A stretch of DNA of 39,472 bases, from assembly GCA_003990765.1 (NCBI GenBank), contig RBNJ01000140.1, positions 1-39,472 of the forward strand, written 5' to 3'. Each line of letters opens with the position of its first letter. Positions within the stretch are counted from its first letter, which is position 1. Below the pieces are notes generated by a model. That model saw nothing but the letters and a program-made list of their open reading frames with translations. It made no database searches and had not been told where the DNA came from. The DNA comes from Jimgerdemannia flammicorona (taxonomy: Eukaryota). The position numbers were made by a program, and so were the translations under genes. This document shows, piece after piece, positions 1-9,311 of this stretch.

Positions 1-120
1 TTTTTTATAGTTACTTGGACTCCTTTATTCCACTAGTCTATATGAATTAACTACAAAGATAACCCACCAACATCCTATCCCATACTATCTGGGTGAAATA
101 ACCTACAAGTTCAATCAACC
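1..120 (-). mobile_element. 3' UTR and start of poly(A) tail of LINE-A (L1/Tx1-like family 1), separated from its body by Gypsy-1
   Basis: Reverse complement of 1-40 (tagactagtggaataaaggagtccaagtaactat-aaaaaa) matches the 3' end of LINE-B at ~20731-20785. Joins 9312+ through the CAACC duplication. Confidence 0.93.
116..120. repeat. 5-bp target-site duplication CAACC of Gypsy-1 (partner at 9312-9316)
   Basis: CAACC lies immediately before TGTAATA (121) and immediately after TATTACA (9311). Confidence 0.95.
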
Positions 121-937
121 TGTAATAACTCTTACTTCTACCCCTCTCTTATCCTTAGGATAATTAGAGAAGTGAACTATTACTTAGAGACTTAGTACAC
201 AATGTGTACCAAGAAGCCTTCAGTTTAAGAAAGTGCTTGCTTAAAGTAGTTTTAGCAGTAGTGCCTTATCTTTCAAAGGTCTTTCTTGGGTTTGCCTTCT
301 GTTTCAAAGGTCTTTCTCTTGTGCCGTATTTCAAGGGTCTTGTTCTTTGCTGTATACAGACTAAATTCATCTTGGAATTCAGGTTCAATGGGTTTACTTA
401 AGTCTTTGGGGATTTATATACTGGTCTCAGTTCTGGCAGAAGTTAGCTAGGCTTCTGGAGTTTGGTCAGAAACACTAGAGTCACTTAGAGGTCATTACTA
501 AGACTCAGGGGAATGTGTGTAGGGAGGGGGAACTTGATTCTTATATCAAGGACTGAACTAAAACTACTTTATTTCAGATGGAAACTGGGGGGTATTTATA
601 CAAGTTGGTCTGCAATTTCTAACTAAGTATGAGTGACTAATTTGGTAACTATAATGAGGTTTGTAATCGCGACCTTTGTCAGGTGGTTTTTGGTAAAGAA
701 TATCTTTGTGATCAGGACCTCAATTACTAGGCAGTGATCAGCAGCTGTGGCAACTGTTGCTGTAGCACTGATTGTTGGAGATAAGCTGGATATCATTTTC
801 TGCATTAATTTGCATTGTTCATCACTCACTATTCATATATCACACTCAATTGTATGATGATATCATTGCTCGCCGGGTCACATGCTCACTCATCATTTGT
901 CGCATCCCATCTGTTCGTGCTCTTTCATTCTATTACA
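121..937 (-). repeat. 3' LTR of Gypsy-1
   Basis: TGTAATA...TATTACA termini; direct repeat of 8495-9311; adjacent to the PPT. Confidence 0.97.
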
Positions 938-950
938 TTCTTCCCCCCTT
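938..950 (-). other. Polypurine tract of Gypsy-1
   Basis: Minus strand reads AAGGGGGGAAGAA directly before the 3' LTR. Confidence 0.9.
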
Positions 951-2334
951 AGAAATCAATATTCTCGTTGATTGAGAAATTGAGAACCAGGGGAGAGAAA
1001 GGTGGGGAATCCTCCTCAGGGTCATTACCATCTTCTTCAAGAGCAGGGGGGGTGGTGGTTGCAGATGGCTCACTGTCCAGAATGGAGAAGTCAATGAGGT
1101 CTGCAAATGGTTCTTACATTGGAATAGGTGCTGGTATAGGGGTTCTCCATCTGATGCAGTTGGGACCATCCAAGTAGGGCTCTTGATCTTCATGCCTAGG
1201 AATATCCATTTGGATAGGCAGTCCTTCAAAGAGGTCAGAGAGACCTTAGAGCCATTGGTCAGAGTTGTCATTCAGGAGGGGGCTCCAGTAGGGTTCATAG
1301 TCAGTAGACTTGAGGGCAATCCAGGAGTTGGCTTCTTGGGCAACCTTGACTTCTAGGGCATCGACCTCAGAGAAAGAGAGGTTCTGGAAGTCCTTCAGTT
1401 ACATGTAGTTGAGGTTGGGGATCACGAAGGGTGCATGGCACATGATTTGATGGACCTTCTTGGCAAGTCTTTGCTCGTGTCTGTTAGGTGGGTCCAATCA
1501 GAGACTTGGTCCATGGGCAGGTCCTATACCTATTGGAGGAGTTGATGGCCAATCTCGTATTCATACCAGATCTCTAGGCAGCTGGTAGCAAGGTAGGCCA
1601 TTTCAATAATTTCATGGTGGTCAAGGACATACTGTCCTAGGTCTGGGCTGGAGAGGTTAAGGGCCTCTGAGCAGCGGTTCCTTTCTTGGATGGCAACCTG
1701 GATGTGTCCAAAGAGGCGTTCAACCTGGCTAGGGAGGGGCTGGCTATGGCGGGCAGTTTGGCAGCAGGTGGCAGGCATTCTTGTCTTGTCTTTTCTTTGT
1801 GAGGAAAGGGGGATGAGAGTTGCAGGGTATTCTTGCCTTGGGTCTTTATACTTATTCACCTGTCTGATGTGACCTTCCTTTGGTCATACTTCCTGGCAAA
1901 ATGCATGACCTGTGCTGTAAGCAGGATATGTGCTGGTCACATGAGAAAATCCTGATTTCAAAGATCTCATCACCCATAGTTGTGGTTACACAGGGTTAAC
2001 AGGTCTTGGTCCACTTTTTTTTTGTCTGGTTGGCATATTTGCGAGAACTGGCCATCCTTGTCTAGGGCGAGGGCTCCCATTGTCGTGGCTGGGGGTTCGA
2101 ACCTCTCGGAAATAGGCTTTCTTGTAATTCGAGGCAATTCTTTAGTAACAATATCTGTCATGTGGATGACTTAGACTGGTTTCGACATAGTCAGCTTTCC
2201 TAAGTTTCAAATGAAGCATCTGTTATCATCCAGCAGAAATGACACAGATGGCGTAAAACAGAGTTGTTCAAATGTATTTTGCTGTACTGTACTAGATTGT
2301 TCTTTTGCTTGGTATCTTCTTATTGGTTATCCAT
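949..2334 (-). pseudogene. Extra ORF3 between pol and 3' LTR, unknown function (best-supported core ~949-1865)
   Basis: Homologous to 31557-32923. Stops are single transitions that differ between copies, a 21-nt indel preserves frame, and the stop codon overlaps the PPT. The 5' limit is uncertain. Confidence 0.6.
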
Positions 2335-2439
2335 AGTGTTCCTTTTTCTCTGCAATGTTTGGTATTTTATATTTCCAGTTAAAAATATGTGGTACCCTTC
2401 TGCTCACTGTGTGCTCCTATACTTAGAGCTGTAGTTCCT

Positions 2440-2625
2440 TCCTTTGCTGGGGGGTGAGTGTTTCCATGTAGTCCTGGAGGGCTTCACGTACATTCTTCAG
2501 GGCTTCTTCTTTTTCCCAGGTAGCATCATGGGTGGGGTAACCCTTCCACTTGATCAGGAAAAAGCACTTGACTGTTTTGGGATATTTGCAGACCTTGTGG
2601 TCAAGTACTTCCTCAATTTCGAATT
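2440..2625 (-). other. Integrase C-terminal chromodomain (group I type)
   Basis: EFEIEEVLDHK...FFLIKWKGYPTHDATWEKEEAL; aromatic cage residues F, W and Y are present. Confidence 0.92.
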
Positions 2626-2779
2626 CCTCATGATCATTGATCCTAATTGGGGGTGGTGGTGGAACTGTATGCTCAGGGAATGGGTTCTCATGGTAGTCCA
2701 CCAATTGGCTGATGTGGAATACTGGGTGTACTCAGATATTGTGGGGAAGTTGCAACTTGTAGTTAACTTCACTGATTTT

Positions 2780-3720
2780 TTCCATAATCTTGTATGGTCC
2801 AATTCTTCTAGCACAGAGTTTCTTGGCTGGTTATTATGCCAGAGTGTCTGAGTGGAGGTGGTCTGTTCTAAGCATGACCTTGTCACTAATATTGTAGGAG
2901 GCTTCTCTTTGCTTCAAGTTCGCATACTTGATCTGGTAGTCTTGTGCTTCAATGAGAGCATCTCTTGTCATTCGGGTGAGGTCAGAAATGGTCTTGGCCA
3001 GATCTTGGGCTGCTGAGACTGCTGATTTCGCAGTAGTACTTGGAGTCCTTGGGTGTTGACCATGGTTCAGGAAGAATGGAGTCTTCTTTGTAGAGGTTTG
3101 CTGACTGTTGTTGTAGGCAAACTCAGTATGAGCTAGGTACTTGTCCCAATCATTTTGCTTATAACAGCAGAAGATGCTAAGCATCTGTTTGAGAGTCCTG
3201 TTTGTTTGCTTGTTTTGACCATCAGTCTGAGGGTGGTAGGCAGTAGAGAACTTCAGCTTGGTTCCATGGAGGGAGAAAAATGCCTTCCAGAAGTTGCTTG
3301 TGAACTTGGTATCTCAGTCAGATACAATAGTGCTAGGTATGCCATGTAGCCTGAATACTTGATTGAGGAAAATCTTGGCAATCTCTGGTACTGTAGCAGT
3401 AGTCTTGGTGGATACAAAATAGGCTTGTTTACTTAGGCAGTCCATGAATACCATGATGGCATCCCATCCTGCCTTGGTCTTGGGGAGTTGGACAATGAAG
3501 TCCATTGCAATCTGGTCCCAATTGTGACTTGGGATAGGCAAGGGTTGCAGGAGTCCTGCTGGTAGCTTGTTACTACTTTAGAATCTTTGGCACATCTCGC
3601 ATGAGGCCACAAAGTCTTTGATATCCTTAGTTATCTTTGGCCAGTAGCACTCTCTTGAGAGGAGGTTGTAGGTCTTTTCAAAACCAAAATGTCCAGCTGC
3701 AGGGGTATCATGGAGTTCCT
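2780..3720 (-). other. Integrase domain (HHCC, DDE core, GPY motif)
   Basis: HDTPAAGHFG...[38 protein letters not shown]. Confidence 0.93.
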
Positions 3721-3959
3721 GTATGATCTTGAGTCACAGAGTATTATTGCTGGGTACAACCACTCTGTCATGGTCCCTGTAGATAAGTCCATCATGGTAG
3801 GCAAATCTCTTGGCCATTTGCCTCATGGGTTCTGGAACCTCGGCCTCTGGGTCTTGGCAGAATTGAAGGAAATTCATCAGAGGGCTGTCTTGCTGGTAGC
3901 CATCCTTGATCATTTGGGTAAGGTCTCCAATTACTTTGACCATGAAGACAAGTTCGTCT

Positions 3960-4330
3960 TCCAAGTACCTGGAGAAACCATCAGCCACACGGTTGGTTTT
4001 GCCTGGGATATACTTGATTTCCATATCAAAGTTGGTAATGATTTCCATTCAGCGGACTTGTCTGTAGGTCAGAATAGGCTGTGTGTGAATATACCACAGT
4101 GCATGGTGATCTGTATAGGCCACAAATGGCTGTCCTAGGAGAAAATAGCACCATTCTTGGAGTACAGTGACAATAGCCAGGAGTTTCTTCTCATGGGTGG
4201 TATACCGAGTCTCAGCTGGCTTGAGCTTCTGTGAAAGGTAGGCCACTGGGCAGTCTTCTTGGCTAAGCACTGCTCCAATAGCATTATCAGAGGCATCTGT
4301 GGTCAGAGTGAATGGCCTGGTAGGGTCAGG
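3960..4330 (-). other. RNase H domain
   Basis: FTLTTDASDNAIGAVLSQ...YTTHEKKLLAIV...YTDHHAL...YIPGKTNRVADGFSR. Confidence 0.93.
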
Positions 4331-4479
4331 TGCAATTAGCACTAGGGCTTCAGTAAGGAGTCTCTTGAGGTGGTCCATAGCTAGAGTGTATTTGGGGGTC
4401 CATTCAGCTTTGATGTTCACTTCTTTGTGGGCCAGACTGGTCAATGGGGCTGCAATAGCAGAGTATCCTTGGATAAACC

Positions 4480-5150
4480 TTCAGTAATAACTGGCAATAC
4501 CTAGAAAGCACTGGAGTAGCTTGAGGGTTGTAGGGATAGAGATATCCTTGAGGGCTAATATTTTCCAGGGGTCCACGTTGATACCTTCAGCAGAGATGAT
4601 GTGTCCTAGATATTCAATCTGGTCTTGGTAGAACTTGTATTTGCTCATCTTGGCATAGAGCTGGTGTTCTTGCAGGAGGGTTGGTACTTGTCTGAGATGG
4701 GTGTAGTGTAGCTCTACTGTCTCGCTGTAGATTAGTATATCATCAATATACACAAGGACACAGATGTTGAGGAGTGGTCCAAAGATGTCATTCATCAGAT
4801 ACTGGAATGTTGCTGGTGTATTGGTCAATCCAAAAGGCATGACTCAGAACTGGTAGTGTCTAAACCGTGTTCGGAAAGCTGTCTTCTCAATGTCTTTTTC
4901 ATCAATGAGAATCTGGTGGTAGCTATTTCACAAATCCAGTAGAGAAAAGGTCTTTGCCTTGAAGATTTGGTGTAGCAACTCATAAATTCTGAGCAAGGCA
5001 TACTGATTCTTGATAGTGATCTTGTTGAGGGCTCTGTAATCAATACACATTTGCAGAGAGCCATCCTTCTTCTTGACAAATAGAATGGGGGCTCCAAATG
5101 GAGAGTGGCTGGGTTCAATGTATCCTTGGGCCAGTAGTTTGGTCAATTCA
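4480..5150 (-). other. Reverse transcriptase domain
   Basis: [53 protein letters not shown]. Confidence 0.96.
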
Positions 5151-5489
5151 TCCTTGAGGGTCTTGAGCTCAGGTTGAGCCAGTTGATAGATACTCTTGTA
5201 TGGGGGTTCAGATCCTGGAATAAGATAAATTCCATGTTGGATTTGGCACTTGGGTGGAAGTCCTTGAGAATCTTGAAATATATCTTGGAATTCTTCAAAT
5301 AGTTCTTGAGCTTCTGTTGGAATTGGACTACTTGTAGCTTCAGTGACTTCTTGTCCTGTAGAGATGAAGTAGGTGTTTCCCTTTTTTTTGAGATAGTCTC
5401 TTCATTTGAATGGCAGAGATGATTTCGATTCCTTGGTAGTTGGTACCTTCCTGGGGTGTCAGGGTGATCTTTCTGCCTTCGTGGGTCAG

Positions 5490-5820
5490 GTTAACCTCAT
5501 TAGTTCTCCAGTTGATGTCTGAGTTATGCTGGGTCAACCAGGCTTTTCCTAAGATAATGTCTTGTCCTGGGAGATCTACAATGCTGAAGTCCAACTTCTC
5601 TTGATATTTGCCAATCTTGAGCAAAAGGTCTTCACAGATCTTGGTCAATGGTGCAGTCTTTCCATCACCAAAGGTAACACTTCTTTTCTCAGTAGTTGGT
5701 CTGCTTCAGGCTCTAATCCTCTTGGCAGTCTTGGTGCTGATGTAGTTTCCAATAGCACCACTATCAAGCAAGACATTGACATTTTGTCTGTAGACTTGGC
5801 CTGTAAACTTGATGCAACTA
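5490..5820 (-). other. Aspartic protease domain
   Basis: VNVLLDSGA catalytic motif near 5755-5780; DIILGKAWL. Confidence 0.9.
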
Positions 5821-6140
5821 TCCTCCTTCTTGATGGTATTGAGCTCTTCATCCTCGTTATTGTCCCAATTGCTGTCAGTCTCCTCGAAGTCAGTTTCTCC
5901 CCATCCTTCACAAGGAGGGTTGTCTTGTTTGGGTCCCTCAGTCTGTTGAGCTTAGCGCTTCTCGGATTGAATTTTGAAAACTTTGGAGAGGCATGTATGG
6001 CATTCACCAACATGTTCCATACAGTACATTCAAATAGAATGAGGGCATCATCCACATGGTGCATAACCATATGCAATTCTCTTGTACCAGTTTTCATCAT
6101 CTTCCTTCATAGTAGTGACCTTTTGACTGGGAGGTTTGTT

Positions 6141-6530
6141 GGTAGATCCAAACCCTTTCTTGCCACGATCTGTCTGGGAGAGTTCAGGGACTTCTTCAAT
6201 AGTGAGATCTTGATGGATTTCTTCAATGATGGCTTGGGCAATTCTTTGGCCTGCTTTGACTTCAAATGATGTGTCTCCAAAATTTCGCAATATGACATGG
6301 ATTTCACCAGTAAATCCTTGATCAACTACTCCTCCGCCTAGCCCAATGTTGAACTCTTTGGCTAGGCTACTTTGCTCAGCAAAGCAGATATATGTTCCTT
6401 TGGGAGCTTGCATTGCAATTCCTGTTTGCACTGTAGCATTGGTGCTTGGTGGGATAGTGAGGTCTTGGCTGCTGTAGAGGTCATATCCAGCATCAGTTGG
6501 GTGGGCCTTAGTGGGGATGGTAGTCTTGTA
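6141..6530 (-). other. dut: Trimeric dUTPase domain inside the polyprotein
   Basis: All five motifs are recognisable: AGYDL, (R/Q)SSLA, GVVDQGFTGEI, GQRIAQAI, RGKKGFGST. Confidence 0.95.
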
Positions 6531-6639
6531 CCATATCTTCTGTACTTTGATGATATTCTCAGGGTTCTTCTTTACTGGGCCTTCTCCAATAACAGTAATG
6601 TTCTTGTTACTGGGTTCGCCTGTTCTATTCTTCTTTTCA

Positions 6640-7604
6640 GAGCATCTGAATGAGATGTTTCCTGCCTTCTTACAGATAAAACACAATCCCTTTTCATGGA
6701 GCTGCCTCTTTTCATCCTCAGTGGGAGGTCTGGATCCCCTGGGGTTTTGCTGGTTCCTTTGATCATTCTGTTGATCATATCTTTGATCATTCCTCCTGGT
6801 AGGATTTCTCCTATCTTAGTTATCCTTCTTGTATTCTTGATTTTGTAGAGCTTATGTAGCAAGGATTTTGCAGGCTCTTCTTTGTACTTGGACAAAGCAC
6901 CATGAGTAGTGGGGACATCCTTGGGGGAGACCTTGTTCCTTGATCTTCTGGGTGAGCCAGTCTGGTAGGACTGCAAAGAGATAGTTGGCTCTGGTACCAT
7001 TGATGGCCAAATTGTTCTCCTGATAGGTAAGTCCAACAGTTTTGAGATAGGCATCCATTCTGGTGACAAAGATCTCTAGATCCTCTTTGCCATTCTTGTG
7101 GAACTTCATCTGGGACAGTTTGTTCCATGTTTCTTGTATATAGGCCACATTTTGGAATTTGGTCAGTAGCAAGGCCTTGAGTCCTGGGCCTGCTTCGTAG
7201 TCATCCTAACCTGGTCTATTGTTGCCAGGTACTTGTCCATTGACTTGAGGGTGGGCTTCCCAGGTTACTGGGTGTTGTTCCAAGATTCGCCAGAATTCGG
7301 CTGCTGTTTCAGTGAAGAATGTGGCTACTATTTCTACTTGTACTACTGATGTGGCAAACAGCTGTTGAAGGGTGCTGTTCTGGTTGTTGGTGAGCATTCC
7401 TATAGGTACTCAGTTGTCATTCCATTGGTTTGCTCGGTAGCCTGTGTCAACTGCATTGATGAAGTTTTCAATGTTACTGTTTTTTCCACTAAATGTTGGA
7501 ATTCGCAAGGTCTTGGTTGGTTTGTTCTGTTCAGCAATCTGTCCTACTATCCCTGCTAGTGCTACTAGCTGGGTGGTCAGTGCTGTAATGTTGACATCTA
7601 CCAT
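6640..7604 (-). other. gag: Gag core with CCHC zinc knuckle
   Basis: IPTFSGKNSNIENF gag-type motif; knuckle CFICKKAGNISFRC (CFICKKAGHISVKC in Gypsy-3, a perfect CX2CX4HX4C). Confidence 0.85.
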
Positions 7605-8479
7605 TATGTTGACTAGTGGTGATGGGCCTGTTAGGGTAGATTCTCCTGAAGATTGATCTGCTTGATGGGGTTGTGGTGCTGTATGACTTGGAGTTACTTG
7701 GTTCCTAGATATTAAGTCAAAGAGTCCTGTGAGAGAGGGTAAACCAAACCTCTATATAGGTGGCTGAGTTGGTTCTGGGGTCTGATCTTCTTGACCTGTG
7801 GTTCCTTGGTAAATTTCTAGGCCTGCTGTTCCTCATTGACTATCGTCAGACTGGTAACCTGTAGAGTCTTCGTCTGACTCCCTTCCCTGATGAGATAGTG
7901 CATCCTTGTACTGACTAGGTCTTTCAAAGAGGATATCAGTCTCTGGCTGGGTTGATGGACCTACTCCTTGTTCAGCAGTAGGGGATGTGTGACCTGTTTA
8001 CTCATTCTTGTACCTAGTTATGGCAGAGGCATAGTATACAACTAGTCTGTAGTAGAGGGAGGTCTTGGTTGGTGTATGATGATACCTGTCAGAGGCAATC
8101 CACTTGGCAGCTGCTTCTCTTACAGCAGGGGGTGTAATATAATCTAAAAAATCCTAGGTGGCTGCAGCAGTAGATTCTGGGGTCCTAGTGATTCCAATGT
8201 GTCCTTGGAGGAGTTCATAGAACCTATGGCAGCTAACAATATTCCTAAGACCTGGGTGGTATGTCCTAAATGTCTGGTATAGATCCTTATAAGCCTGGTC
8301 AATTACAAGCTGGTGGGTCCTTGGGTCTGTGGTTTCCTGGTACCACCTGGTCCTAATGGCAAGGGCTTCTCTGGCTCTGGTTTGGGGATCCACAGTTATT
8401 TCTGGGGGTTACTCCTGTCCAAGGTTGGTCTTGTTCCAACTTCAGGAGTGTGTTCTTTATTGTCTTCTTGGCTGGTAAT

Positions 8480-8491
8480 CCACTGCTACCA
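8480..8491 (-). other. Primer-binding site, tRNA type (probably initiator Met)
   Basis: Minus strand TGGTAGCAGTGG, 3 nt after the 5' LTR; conserved at 27138-27149 and 39071-39082. Confidence 0.8.
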
Positions 8492-8494
8492 AGT

Positions 8495-9311
8495 TGTAAT
8501 AACTCTTACTTCTATCCCTCTCTTATCCTTAGGATAATTAGGGAAGTGGACTATTACTTAGAGACTTAGTACACAATGTGTACCAAGAAGCCTTCAGTTT
8601 GAGGAAGCACTTGCTTAAAGTAGTTGTAGCAGTAGTGTCTTATCTTTCAAAGGTCTTTCTTGGGTTTGCCTTCTGTTTTAAAGGTCTTTCTCTTGTGCCC
8701 TATTTCGAGGGTCTTGTTCTTTGCTGTGCACAGACTGAATTTGCCTTGGAATTCAGGTTCAATGGGTTTACTTAAGTCTTTGGAGATTTATATATCAGTC
8801 TCAGTTCTGGCAGAAGTTAGCTAGGCTTCTGGAGTTCAGTCAGAAACACTAGAGTCACTTAGAGGTGATTACTAAGACTCAGGGAAATGTGTGTGGGGAG
8901 GGAGGACTTGATTCTTATATCAACAACTGAACTAAAACTGCTTTATTTCAGATGGAAACTGGGGGGTATTTATACAAGTTGGTCTGCAATTTCTGACTAA
9001 ATATGAGTGACTAATTTGGTAACTATAATGAGGTTTGTGATCGCAATCTTTGTCAGGTGGTTTTTGGTAAAGAATATCTTTATGATCAGGACTTCAATTA
9101 CTAGGCAGTGATCAGCAGCTGTGGCAACTGTTGCTGTGGTGCCGATTGTTGGGGATAAGCTGGATATCGTTTTCTGCATCATTTCACATCATTCATCACT
9201 CGCTATTCATATGTTGCACTTGATCATATGATGAGGTCATCGCTCGCCGGGTCACGTGATTGCTCGTCATTCATTGCATCCCATCTGTTCGCGCTCTTTC
9301 ATTCTATTACA
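8495..9311 (-). repeat. 5' LTR of Gypsy-1
   Basis: TGTAATA...TATTACA, 817 bp, adjacent to the PBS. Confidence 0.97.
8967..8974 (-). promoter_or_regulatory. Putative LTR TATA box (TATAAATA) with AATAAA about 20 nt downstream
   Basis: GGGGGTATTTATA and TTTATT are conserved in all four complete LTRs (for example 593-600 and 568-573). Confidence 0.6.

Larger units (their letters stand above)
2423..8393 (-). pseudogene. gag-pol: Single-frame gag-dUTPase-pol polyprotein of Gypsy-1 (stop-disrupted, one frameshift near 5385)
   Basis: ORF fragments starting at 8393, 7604, 7397, 7172, 6686 and 5648 share one frame. Those at 5146, 4840, 4444, 4048, 3541, 3184 and 2704 share a frame offset by 1 nt at a T homopolymer. 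Confidence 0.93.
121..9311 (-). mobile_element. Gypsy-1: full-length degenerate Ty3/gypsy chromovirus-type LTR retrotransposon carrying dUTPase
   Basis: Paired 817-bp LTRs, TSD, PBS, PPT, PR-RT-RH-IN domain order and C-terminal chromodomain. Confidence 0.97.

Noticed and set aside
268-345. CRISPR-like repeat-spacer appearance
   Set aside because: Only three short cores inside an LTR, no cas genes, eukaryotic context.
204-401. 65-aa plus-strand ORF repeated in LTRs (also 8578-8775)
   Set aside because: Antisense, GTG start, overlaps LTR repeats, and recurs only because the LTR is duplicated.
623-829. Thr/Ile-rich minus-strand ORF in three LTRs
   Set aside because: Short, start position varies, frameshifted in the Gypsy-3 LTR, and has no recognisable motif.
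949-2334. Calling ORF3 an envelope gene
   Set aside because: No visible signal peptide, fusion peptide or transmembrane anchor.
5645-6100. 151-aa alternative-frame ORF open in both copies (also 36224-36679; similarly 4825-5118 and 35415-35708)
   Set aside because: Frame-shifted shadow of gag-pol; the motif-bearing frame is the other one.
2423-8393. Alternative genetic code (TAA/TAG read as Gln) as the explanation for in-frame stops
   Set aside because: Stops also replace Arg and Trp codons, differ between copies and co-occur with frameshifts, which indicates mutational decay.
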